From Takakia lepidozioides (lineage: Eukaryota > Plantae > Bryophyta), in contig CM060731.1 in NCBI GenBank assembly GCA_030704615.1, positions 10,850,001-10,914,000 on the forward strand: a DNA stretch of 64,000 bases. Reading direction: 5' to 3'. The notes under the pieces are model-generated. The model did not search any database. It had not been told where the DNA came from and worked only from the letters and a program-made list of their open reading frames with translations. The translations under genes were made by a program, and so were the position numbers. Below, one piece after another: positions 51,052-62,640 of this stretch (within the stretch, counting starts at the first letter, position 1; each line of letters begins with the position of its first letter).

Positions 51052-51605
51052 ATTCTAGACAAATAGAAGCGGGATGACCAACAATTACTCATCATGTTCG
51101 TCATGGTGGAAAGTTGTGGATACGCATATTTCCCGATAAACCTATAACTATGCGACCCACAGAAACACATATGGGTTTGGGGAAAGGATGTCCAAAATAT
51201 TGAGTATCTATTGTCAAACCCGGAAGAATACTTTATGAAATAGGTGGAGTATTAGAAACTGTTGCTGGAGCAACTATGAGAATAAATGCATGCAAAACGC
51301 ATATACGTACCCAATTTACCTATACAAAAAATCTAGAAACCTCTTTATAACGATTTTTTTTCTTCTTCACTTTCCGAAGTAGAGGTGAAGAAGAAATCAT
51401 TACATAAATAGATTTAGTAATATTAAATTCACGCCCCTTGATAAGAGAATTCATTTCTTAACTCTTAGGGGGGATTTTCACTTTTCGAGAAAGTAAAAAA
51501 CGATTCAACCTCAAATTTATCCAAATATAACAGACAAGAGTGGAGCTCGGAAACTAATGTGTATTCGAGTATTAGGAGCTAGTAATCGTAAATATGCACA
51601 TATCG
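51052..51605 (+). other. Plastid DNA insertion (NUPT): rpl16 3' part, spacer, rpl14 5' part
   Basis: [45 protein letters not shown] (rpl16), then (T)[34 protein letters not shown] (rpl14), in plastid gene order. Confidence 0.92.
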
Positions 51606-52169
51606 AGCCTGGTTTGATGTTAAATATCCTACGGGTCCCGGGATGCGCGCTTTAAGAAAGCTCAGATGTGCGATTATGCATGATAAGCTACGAGGTGGAA
51701 GGTAAGAATAAGGTAGACTGGAAAATCAACTGTCGATTTGTTTTTTATGGGAGAGACTCTAAGTGACGTAAACAACTATAGAGCATGACGAAATGTTAGG
51801 ATATGTTAAATTCGTTGAGGTTCATTTTGTCTAAGCATTGAAATTGTCTTATTTTCAGGATCCTTCCTTACATGTTGGAGCAGAGGAACTGTAATCGTAA
51901 ACATCGAGATATACGACCCTATAGCGGAAAGTGAAAAGTGAGTTGGACGACATGAACTTACATCTGCTTCCCGAAAGTTTCCAAGAAACAACGTTATTTG
52001 CAGATACCATTCGAAAAACCGTGAATTGACCATTTTTCGAGTGGAGGAGGCCTGAACGAAGGTGAAAATGTGAGATTTCTTATCCCTCCTCCCTTCTGAA
52101 AATTTTTCTTTTTGTTGTTTGGCTGTTTGGACTAGGGACTGTTCTTTCTCTTTGCATCTGTTTATTCGC

Positions 52170-52760
52170 AGTTGTTGTCCAAATATGTGACTTGGTGTAA
52201 ACATTTGATACTGCTGAGGCAGGAAGGAGGTAGACCAAATGATGGTGTAGACCAAAGCCTAACTACTATTTCGTTCCACGCTGCAGGGCTGATCAATTTT
52301 CGAAAGAGCAACAAGATTCCAAAGAGGAAGACCTTTAGTGGGTGTGAGGAAAATATGCCACCCGCACCCCGAAGGCTAGCTATAACAAATCTGTTGGTGA
52401 AAAATGGTCGGGAAGAGGTAATGAAACAGTTGTCGTATGCAACAAAACAATCTATGTCATTGCAAAATATGTAATTGGTCTTGCAACACTTTACGATGTG
52501 ATGTACATGTGAAAAGATTAGGGATCTCTGTCTCGATAACATTCAAGACCTCGTTGAGGCTTGATTGAGTTTGACAGGCTCTGTTCTATAACAATCTACA
52601 ATCAATGGATCAAGATGACAAAAATTCATTATGGTCTGCGGGCATTTGCACTGCAAAGAAGGCAAAACTAATTTTAAGTGGTAACATGTAGAGCCGTCTG
52701 TTGGTATGTATACATATTTTTGGAGAGACATGGAACTTCTCCTTGTGGATTCGATGAAAC
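52170..52760 (+). mobile_element. Possible second Crypton-like (NDC10/GCR1-type) recombinase remnant
   Basis: Decayed LQHFTM..EKIRDLCLDNI and KEGKTNF..RDMEL segments resemble fungal-type Crypton motifs. Confidence 0.35.
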
Positions 52761-55700
52761 AGTTTTAATAAATTGGGTACCCCTGTCAGTAATGAGAACT
52801 TTAGATAGCCCATGATGGGAATAGACCGCTTCCAGATATAGTCGAGCTAGTTCAGGTGCAGTGACGTATTTTTTAGTGGGACGGATGTGTATCATCTTAC
52901 TCAATTTGTCTACAAAAACCACTATAGTGTCATATCCCAATGAGGTTTGAGGTAACTCACAAACTAAATCCATGCTCATATGTTCCCAACGTCTGTTTGG
53001 TACTGGTAGTGGTTGTAAAGACCTGCTGGCTTGCGGTTTGTTGACTTGTTTTGTTGACATTTCATGTAACTTCGAATGTACGTCTCCACCTCGTCTCGCA
53101 TCCGCGGCCAATAAAATGTTCATTTTAGTTGTTTGAATGTTTTTTCAACTCCAACATGTCATGCTATCGCCCTATCATGAGCTTCAAACAAGACTTATGT
53201 CTTCAATGCAGGTTCATCAGGGATCCAAAGTTTATCTTCCTTGAATACCAACCCTCGAACTTCTGTCACTTTGCCCTTCTTCTTAGCGTCCATGATCTCC
53301 CCATCATCTTTAGAAGCCATCGCTATCTTGTTCCACCAATCGGGTTGAATGTTGATTTTTGTCAATGTGTTCATGCACGACATCCTTGTCATTACATCAG
53401 CCAATTGTCGTTTTCCCTCCACATAGACGATCTTCATGTTAAATTGTTGTCGTCACTCCGCCCAACGAATCGGTCTCTTCGATAGATCTTTCTGTGTCTC
53501 TAAGTACACCAACGGTTTATGATATGTCTCCACTATGAACTCTTTGTCTTCAAGATAGTGCTGCCAATGTTTTGTAGCCAAAACAATAGCCAATTCTTCT
53601 CGTTCGGTTGTATGGTAATTTTGTTCCGCATGTAACAATTTGCGCGAAAAATATGTCACTGGGTGCCATCCATCTTCCCATTCTTGTTGTAACACCCCAC
53701 TCACTGCTGAGCTTGACGCATCTACCGAGAGCTTGATTAGTCTTGTCGGATCATACCATTTCAAGATCGGGGCATGAAGCAACGTATCCTTCAAGGCCTG
53801 AAATGCTAACTCCTCTTCTGTACCCCACTTCCATCTAATTCCTTTGCCCAAAAGATTTGTCAATGGTTAGGCAATCTTTGAGAATGCCCGTATAAATCGT
53901 CTGTAGAATCTGGTAAGGCCAAGAAAACTCTTTAATTGGGTAATGTTTTCAGGGACTATCCACTGCTGAATAACTTCTACTTTTTCACTCATTACCTCAA
54001 TTCCCTTCCTACTCACGCGATGCCCAAGATAGTTTACTTCTTGTTTTCCAAACTCACATTTAGATGCTTTGGCATACAGCTGATTCTAACGGAGAACTTG
54101 TAATACTTGTTTGAGGTGGTTTCTATGCTCGATAAGGCTGTTACTATAGATCAAAATATCATCTAAAAAGACTATCATAAATCTATCTAAGAATGAACGA
54201 AAGATATCATTCATGAGGCCCATGAATGTGACTGGGGCATTGGTGAGACCAAATGGCATAACCATGTATTCAAAATGTCAATACCTAGTGCAGAAAGCGG
54301 TCTTATACACATCTTCATCAGCGACTCGAATTTGGTTATATCCACTCCTCAAATCAAGCTTCGTAAAGTATTTTGCTCCTCGCAGTTGGTCAAATAGATC
54401 GTCCATGCATGATAACGGGTACTTGTTCTTCATTTTTTGCTGGTTAAATGCCCGATAATCAATGCACATGCGCATTGCTCTATCTTTTTTCTTCACAAAC
54501 AACACCGGCGCTCCATACGGGGATACACTTGGTCTTATAAAGCCTTTTGATAGTAGGTCATCAACTTGAGCCTTATATTCTTCCAACTCGTTTGGTGCTA
54601 ATCGATAAGGGACTTTACAAGAAGGAGTACTACTTGGAACAACCTCAATCTTATGATCTACTCTTCTCTTTGGCGGAAGCCGTGCTGATAGGTCATCTGG
54701 AAAAACATCTTTGAACTCTTTCAATACACTCTGTAATTCTATAGGGACCTCACTCATGTCTTTTTTTGGATTTTCCACGTCTCTTATTAAACCTACAAAT
54801 AATAAGTCTTTATTACATATAGCTATAGTACCTATAACAAATGATGGTAGGTTTTGATATGGCGTCATCACTTGATCTCCCCATATTTTTCAATTCTGGG
54901 TTTTCACTATCTTTCGACGCTAATCAACATCAGGGTTGTGAGATTCCATCCAAGACATGCATAATATTACGTCATATCGAGCCAGTCTGACCACTCGTCA
55001 TTCTAAGGTTTCTCTATATTTACCATTTGACAACTCTATGTTTTTAAGGTAGTGTCTCAATGGCCTCTGTATGTCCATTTGGCATTTCTACTTCCTCTCT
55101 AAGGAGAGTCCTAGTTTCAAGGCAACCTTTCTAGATAAAAAGTTTTCTGTTGCCCTAGGGTCTATCAACACTCTCACATGAATACCTTCTAAGGTTCTAT
55201 CTACCACAATTAACTGCGTCTCTTTCTTGCCCGCATGATTGATTTGCCTCTTATCCTTATAGGCCCCCTCGTTGTAGAAGCAGTAAGACCGCGAGGTCTA
55301 CTTACTAGTTGTCCTCGTTTTCCTGCTCATTGTGATGTTCGTTATCTTCTCCTCTCCTTAAACTGTTAAGAGGTCTTCGATAAGTTTGTCGATTGTACCT
55401 TCCACTTCGGCAGTTGGCTGCAAGATGTCCATATTTTTCACAGTTATAATATTGTCTAGTCTCCCTTTGTCCTTCTGTTAGTGAGAATGTTGAGGAGGTC
55501 ACATCCTTGTCATTCAATTTTATTCGCCGCTGTGTGTTATCTTCCCCATATCTGATTCCCGACCTATTTCTTTGAGAGTATTGGAGGTTATCCCGTCTTC
55601 GAAGATTTCCAAGCTCTATAAGCGTTGGTCCATATTAGTTCAATGGAACGTGTATACCTTCGTCGTATCCTGGTAACGTCCCTTCAATCTTTTGGGCCAA

Positions 55701-56482
55701 TGAAATTGCTTCATGGACATCAACTAGGTTGCGTAAAATTACCTCTTCTTGAATTTTTCTCTTCAATCCTCTTTTGAAGTTGTCTAAAACTTCTGCAGGA
55801 CTCATGTCTTCGATTTAGACCTGAAGATTCAAAAAATCTTCAATGTAATTTTGCACACTCCCGCGTTGTTCCAAATTCCATAATTTCATTCGAGCAGTTG
55901 TAACAACATCTACTGCCTTGAATTGTTGGAGCAGTCCCGCTTTCAAGGTGCTCCATAGTAAATGTTCTTTTTTTTGCAATTTGTCTTCTCTCCCATGTCT
56001 GTAACCATGTTGAAGCATTGTCGAGTAGAAAAGATCGTATGAACATTCCGAGGTCTGAATCGCTTGATGTAGGGAAATATGACAGATGTACCTCCATTCG
56101 ATGAATCTTATCCAAAAATGTAAATAGATCAAAAGTGTATTTACAACGTCTGGTTCCTTGGATGAGCCGTCCAAAGGCTGTAAGAACAACGGATGCGGAG
56201 GTGGTTCATCAGGCCTCCAGCGGGGTTTATGCTCGAACAATGTCGATTGGAACGTAAGGACGAGGTCAGGAATGTAGGAGACTACAAGTCTCTTTAACCT
56301 TTCTGGCTGAAAATGGTGTATATCAAGCTTATGATTTTTGGATGTTCGGTCGTCAAATCTTACATAGGGACCGAATGCATTTATACTAAAGCTGAAATCA
56401 ATATCTAACAGATTGTACATCTCGGTCTGCGCACGGATCGATAAATTGAGGGCAGAACATATACAAATTCGATAAGCGCAAC

Positions 56483-56834
56483 TGTAACAGGGTAGAATCT
56501 AGAAGGTTCTAAATAGAGGAGGAACGTTCCCTAGAAGTTTCCAGAATGATTAAGAAGGATCATAAGAAGTTTGACTTAAGGAAGTTTGACTTGAGGCTCT
56601 CAAGTCAAACCTCTAAAATATTCATATTATGGAGAATATGTCAAACCTAGGAAGGTTGACTTCCGGAAGCTTTGACTTGAGGCTCTCAAGTCAAACCTTT
56701 AAAATAATCATATTGTGAAGGGTATATAAACCTGCAATGAAAGCCTAGAAGGCATCAAGTTGTTTTGGGAAAAAGTTGAGAAGTACTTCTATTCTAGTTT
56801 GTGTAGATCCTGGGTGTTACAATGGTATCGGAGC
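56483..56834 (+). repeat. 5' LTR (inverted relative to the element body) plus tRNA-iMet primer-binding site
   Basis: Reverse complement of 49761-50161, shorter by an internal repeat, followed by TGGTATCGGAGC. Confidence 0.9.
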
Positions 56835-57464
56835 CTAGTCTTTCTTAAAGTTGGGAGTGAATACATTCTTTAGGAGGATTCGATTAAGATTTTTTTTTTT
56901 TTAGAAATTTTTGTTGTTAATATTTTTAAGTGTTGAATAAATAGTAGTGATGGTGCGTCATAACGATAATAATAAAAAATTATGGACTTAAATCAACCCA
57001 ATTTCCGTGATTTTCCTTCGAAATCATCTCCAAATCTCTGTACTATCATATCTCTAATTTCTGCTTTACGACGACATATCATTTTAAACTCAAGAAGTGT
57101 TACAAAACCCACGACATGTCGTCTTTCCTATAATTAGAAATTGGAAGGTGTATATATATATATATATACATAGTTCATGGATCGAGGTAGACATTTTCCG
57201 CCTAATTTTCCACCGCCAAATATATTTAGTATCAATGTGTGCGTCATCGACAAACATCATGTTGTAAGATTTTTAGTCGCAGAATTTGGAGTAGAATTCA
57301 TGAACCTTGTCATGAGTTCAAACGTTTCTTTTGTATTACCAATAGTCACGTACGGGATGGTTTGGGATTGCACTATTTACATACTGTATTATGATAAGAG
57401 AACAAAGATAATATACATTAATTTTAGAAGACAAACACCACGAAGGAATGAGTAGTGGAGCAAG

Positions 57465-57750
57465 ATGGCGGACAATGAAGAAATGGTGGACAACGCACAC
57501 ACTACTCATCAAACCAATGATCAGACGGTGTGGATAATGAAGCGCTTACACGAATTGCAGAATGCTCTTGTCACGACCCAACAACAAAACAACGTGTTGA
57601 TGGAGGAGCTTAAACAAGTGAGGCAATCAACCGCCCCGGAACTGGTTGCCGATGGGTCGGATACGTTATTGCAAAAGATGACTACGACGTGCAAGGTCGA
57701 GCCGTATAAATGAAGTCGCGCCATGGGAGTGCTAGAAGGATGTATTCTTG
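57465..57750 (+). mobile_element. gag-like N-terminal fragment
   Basis: Coiled-coil followed by KVEPYK*SRAMGVLEG, similar to the start of a retrotransposon gag. Confidence 0.4.
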
Positions 57751-59196
57751 ATTTTTTTTTTGTATGTGGCTGCAAGAATCATTGTCGCGGACAAGGGCTG
57801 CCTCGACTAAATGTTGTGTAGGGGTGAGGACGCCTATGAGTTACAGCACTAGTATACCCAGCAATTCAAAAAAATGACAACACGTCGGAATGTCTTATGG
57901 AACTACAATGTCGAGAATGAGGATCAAAAGCAATATCGCCAAAATGATGAAGGAGATGGCGTTGGACATAGGCATGGATACACAAGGGATCATTAACAAG
58001 AGCCTCCTGTTACAGCTAATTAGCGATGCAACAGAATGGGCGTGCCCATTGAAGTCGGTATGCGGCTGACAGGCCACAAAAGCTGCGAGGCTTATATGCG
58101 GTATGACCAAGATACACAAGAAATTTATGATTGCACTCTCCAAAACATTGTTTCATGTGTAGAAAGAATTGAGGATGACGTATCATGGGAAACCGCCCTT
58201 AATAAGTATGAGATTGATCACTTTGAACAAGTGCGGAAAGGGAGTATGCATGCATGTAATTCAGTTCTTTGTATGTTTTTTTTTTTTAAAACTAAGTTTT
58301 ATATTTATGGATATGATTTCGATCATTTGTTTCTGACTTTAATTTGAATGCAGGGAACTCATATTGCGCCTGCATCAAATTTGGATGCTAATTTCGATAG
58401 TGCACTTGTCGAAGCCCATGACGTACCTGATGCTAATATCCAAAAGGTTCGCAGTTCACACACACTATACTATGTATAATTTCTAGCCGTTTTTTCGCAT
58501 AGCTTTTTGTAATTTTGTATTCTTATTTTGACATGTGTTTTAGATAATTCTAATGGCGTTTTTGAGTTGCGTTTGCTACGCAGGGAAAGACTGTGGTTGC
58601 ATCCAGTTCATATGCAAGTTGCAAGACTACATCTGACATGTCAAGCAAAGCCATAAAAAAGGCGGGTTTCACTAATCACTAGTTGACTTTCTAGTTTATA
58701 GAGAGTTCTAGTTTCTACATAGTTGACTTTCTATATAGTTCTACTTTCTAGATAGTTCTAACTACTATGTTGGTTGGGTTTGAAGCAACTCACTAATGGT
58801 TGTGGTTGTGGCTGCTGTAGGAGTATAGGGGAGCGGTGGTAGGATGCAGGGAAGGTTGGAGCTTGGTGAGGGGCTTGGTCTAGGTGGGTCAGTGGGATCG
58901 TCTTGAAGGTGGAGTGCTTGGCGTTGGCGAATTCGGGCTAGGGGGACCGGGATCGTCGTCATTCTCAACAGGACTTCAAGGTTCAGTGGCAATTTAGTTT
59001 AGCTCTAATTTCTGCAACCTTGCCCTTACACACTTTTTCAACTTTTGAACTTTTAATCCTAGACCATGCAATAATTAAAAGAAACCTCAATAACCTCAGT
59101 GAAAATGTGAAAATTTCACGCTCATAATCATGAGCTTGAAATATATTTTGCGGATTGCAAAGCGTTATCAGCAACCCCTGCCAATTATGAATTTAA

Positions 59197-59430
59197 CCAA
59201 CAGTTGGTAGCTCAGTTGGATATTGCTCTTAGTGCTACCCAGATGATTCTGGGGTCAAATCCTGCTACCTTGATGGTTGTGGTATGTTCTTCTCCCCCTT
59301 CCCTTGGGTGGTGTCCCATGCGAAAGCCTTCACGGCGAGGGTACTCTGAAAGAGGTTATTTTTTCCTCTCACTACGAGCTATCGCTCCCAGGTGTTTCCC
59401 TTCTAAAGAAAACAATAAAAAAAAAAAAAT
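59197..59430 (+). mobile_element. tRNA-derived SINE related to the 31250-31474 copy
   Basis: TAGCTCAGTTGG A box, GGTCAAATCC B box, shared 3' CTGAAAG..TTTTCC..TCGCTCCCAGGT, poly(A). Confidence 0.75.
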
Positions 59431-60542
59431 TGCCCATTATAAAATGTGATAGGTCCATTATAATGCATAATCTACTACCCCTCACATGGACTGATCATAT
59501 TCCTCGAACTGCTGGACTATTACGGGATTATATTTGACCTAAAAAGTGGTGGAATAGGCCACCCAAGACATTTACGTAACTTGAAGCTGCAATTCAGTTT
59601 GTTGGGAGATGAGGTCGTGGATAAATTCTGTCAAACTTTGTACCGCACTTGTAGATTTGCACTGTTTGCGTAAGGACTAAGATGGCATGTCTGTTACACT
59701 AGGTACCTCTCATCTACCCAATAAGGTGTAGAGAGAAAGCATTTCAAACATTGCAAGACTAGTTTTTACTCCAGATCCCACACTTCTTTCTACTCTACTC
59801 TTCATAACAGTTGTGTTTAGACATAGGAAAGTGTATTCAAACCAACCAATTCCTAGTTTACATAAACAAGATTTTCTGTTCCCCAACTGTATTCATTGTT
59901 CTTCAAATCTGCAGCCTTTTGTGTAGGCAGGGTGCCTTTCTATCTACAACCAATGTAGCTGTGTGTTGAGCAGTAGGCTCTGTAAACTCACTGGACCTTA
60001 GAAAACACACTTTATCTACAACCATTCACCCTGGATATAGGGTGAGGGGAAGGGAAGTAGCTTTTGTGTGTGCTACCTTCAACCTGAGGCTTCTCTCTGA
60101 TCTGCTTGAGGTCCCATCGCTACCAACTCACCCACACATCCATTTACTCTCTAGCAACAGAAACTAGCTAGGCATCAGTGCTCGCGTATTCCTTTACCAG
60201 CATATTTTCTTCCCACTATTGATTGCTGACGATTGGGAGCTCCACACGGGTTTTTTTCTAGCCCAAATAGCAGATGCCCACCTCCTTCACCCGCAGAGCA
60301 TAAATCTTTTCCCAATATTTGTCACTGACAAATGGTGGTTGCCACATGAGGATTTTGGCCCAGAGAGCAGGTGCTCCCGCTGCACTGGACAACAACAAAT
60401 AGTGTGCAAAGATTATGGTTTGCTGGTGAAATCCTTCCCCCACTATATAGTGATTACCTCCCTTCACTTTCATTACTAGATTCAGGAAAGCACCCCTAGA
60501 TTAGTGTAAGTGGTTATAAAGTATGAAATACAGCAATTTTAA

Positions 60543-62640
60543 CCCCTAATGGACGAGTCGACCTGATTCGGGTCGATTGGATATTTCGACCGTCAGTGGG
60601 CCCCTTGGATGAATCTGGATGAAGATGGGCCCTGAACAAAAGTTGTAGCCCTTGAGATTCTGCGCCGGACAAAATTTATTGCACCCTAATTGGACAAATC
60701 CTGCGCCGTCAGGATTTTTTGAAGTGATGATGAGCACCCAAAATCCAATGGTTTCTGACCCTCCACGGGCTTTGACCTAGCCACGTGGCAGGCAAAATGG
60801 GCATTGGTGGCCCGATGCCGGCGATCGGGTGCATGCAGGGTTGGCATGTCCGCCCGTGCGGACATGGGATGCCACCCTGTGGCCAGTGATGGGTGGCGGC
60901 AGCGTGGAACGAGCTCTCTCTTCGCACGCACAGAGTCTGGGTTCCTGGAGCTTGCAAATCGTGGCCCTTCTCGCATTTCCTTGGCGCTTTTGTGTGCATG
61001 TTTTTTCCGTGGATCGCCTGCATTCGCTTCGTAGGGGGTGTATTTATGGGCTTCATTTTCGGGTCATGGCGACTTACCTCTCCCAGGCTCAAAAGTGGCG
61101 GGAGCTGTTCCGTTTCCTGCTGTGTGTTCTAGACATTAGAGCTCAGGGTGTGATTGCATTTACGCAGCTGTTAGGGCTGAGTGTTTGGCGTTTAGATTCT
61201 TGTGCCCTGCCGAATTTTCATTGTAATGCAAGTTGTCATTTTTTCTTGCATGTCGTTTTGTGAAATGCTTTTATGCATTTGGGCTCTGTGTTTTGTGTGG
61301 TAGGGGATGGTTGCAGGGGAGCGTGGTGTGTTGGGGTTTCATTTTGCAGTTGGTTTTGGAGAGTTTGCAAAATTCGCCGACGTACATCCTTCCTTCCTGT
61401 GCTTGGGGAAGATGGGCCATCTGCATTGATTCATCGTGAGGGCTTGCATTCATTTCTTGTGATCTCTGTCGGTCTCAGGGATTTGTATGGCACCAAAGAG
61501 GAAGGACGCTCCTGTGCCTGAGCCACCGTCGCCCCCACCCGAGCTTGCAGCTGTCGCGGAGGTTATAAGGGAGTGGGCGCTTGAGGAGCAGCACTGCACT
61601 CCCGAGCAGTGCAAGGTAATATTGGGGTGTCTGTCTCATGCCTTCCTCTGTAGTTTGCCTCCACCGCCGTTCGCCAATCGTTGGCCTCGCCACCCTCGTC
61701 CTCACAATTTTCGCTTTCTGTTTAGACGCCAGGTGGCTCTAGTTCTTGGTTGGAGAGAGAGAAGAGAGGAAGGTGATAAGGAGGGGTTCAGTGACGCTGT
61801 GAATTCTGTTTTGAGAGATGATGTCTGGCCCGATGCCGACAGTCAGGCGTCTGAAGGAGTTGGCTCGTGCAAAGAGGTCGGTTCCTGCAAGTGTGACAGC
61901 ACCTCCCAAAGGTGTGGTGAGGAAAAAAAATAAGGGAGTGGTGAATTCAGGTGTTGTGGGATGTGTTGGCGGGCCTCTGGGTGCTGGGAGCATGCTTGCC
62001 GTCGGTCGGGCTGCTTTGGGGGACATGCATCCCAACACTGGTGCACTGGTTCCTTTTGGTGAGGGGTCTTCTAATCCTGTTTTGGGCCACGATGAGGCCT
62101 CCTCCGACGTGGACGAGGATTTTGAGGGTGACGATGGGTACATGGGCGACTCTGCTGACGAAGCAGACTGGGAAAACGAGGTGGTTGATATGGAGTGTGA
62201 TGAGGAAATCTCGGCCGATTTTGTGGAGATGTTCAAGGCGAAGACGTGGGAAACCAACGCAGGCTCTGACTTTGTGAGTGATAGAGCTGCGCACAAAGAA
62301 GTGGTGGCATCGTCTGTTTTTTTTTCTTATGGATACCACGCTAGTGAATGCGTATATCTTGCATTCTGCAATGGAGAGAAGGAGGGGGCGTCGGGCCATG
62401 ACCCATCTACAATTCAATCTGGCTGTGACATATGGTTTGACATGGGGTTGCTGCACTGACAACATTGACACCACGGGGGATTCAGAATGCACGTTTGTGC
62501 ATCAGTGCCTTCACACCACACGGCGACGAGTGTGTGTCATGTGCCATGTTCGTACTCACCATTACTGCCCTGGCTGCGATGGCAACCACTTGTGCCTTGG
62601 GCGGTGTTGGAATGAGGCACACCGGCATGCCTTGAGGTGA
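60543..62640 (+). mobile_element. piggyBac-like DNA transposon, internally deleted; right end not identified
   Basis: TTAA|CCC at 60539-60545. Acidic N-terminal ORF 61818-62270 joined to RTKKWWHRLFFFLMDTTLVNAYIL..THLQF and a Cys-rich tail CVMC..HYCPGC..HLCLGRCWNEAH. The DDD core is missing. Confidence 0.8.
61487..61933 (+). CDS. Small accessory ORF inside the piggyBac-like element
   Basis: ATG start, NLS-like MAPKRK, 148 aa open frame with NFRFLFRRQVALVLGWRERR..AVNSVLRDDVWPD. Confidence 0.5.
   Translation: MAPKRKDAPVPEPPSPPPELAAVAEVIREWALEEQHCTPEQCKVILGCLSHAFLCSLPPPPFANRWPRHPRPHNFRFLFRRQVALVLGWRERREEGDKEGFSDAVNSVLRDDVWPDADSQASEGVGSCKEVGSCKCDSTSQRCGEEKK

Larger units (their letters stand above)
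49761..56834 (-). mobile_element. Ty3/gypsy chromovirus, decayed and internally rearranged
   Basis: gag ~56175-55305 with zinc knuckle, protease ~55200-54950, RT ([24 protein letters not shown]) ~54870-53870, RNase H (VDASS, YFSRKL) ~53860-53450, integrase ~53200-52765, integrase C-half inverted at 50373-51050, chromodomain 50372-50180. Confidence 0.9.
49470..58350 (+). mobile_element. Crypton-like (DUF3504-type) tyrosine recombinase split by the LTR retrotransposon
   Basis: Pieces: 49600-49760 (+, GLGRKRKPCNYITRDQ); 56482-56177 (-, LNLSIRAQTEMYNL..YVRFDDRTSKNHK..HPLFLQP); 57890-58200 (+, IAKMMKEMA..NKSL..GVPIEVGMRLTGHKSCEAYMRYD). Confidence 0.65.
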
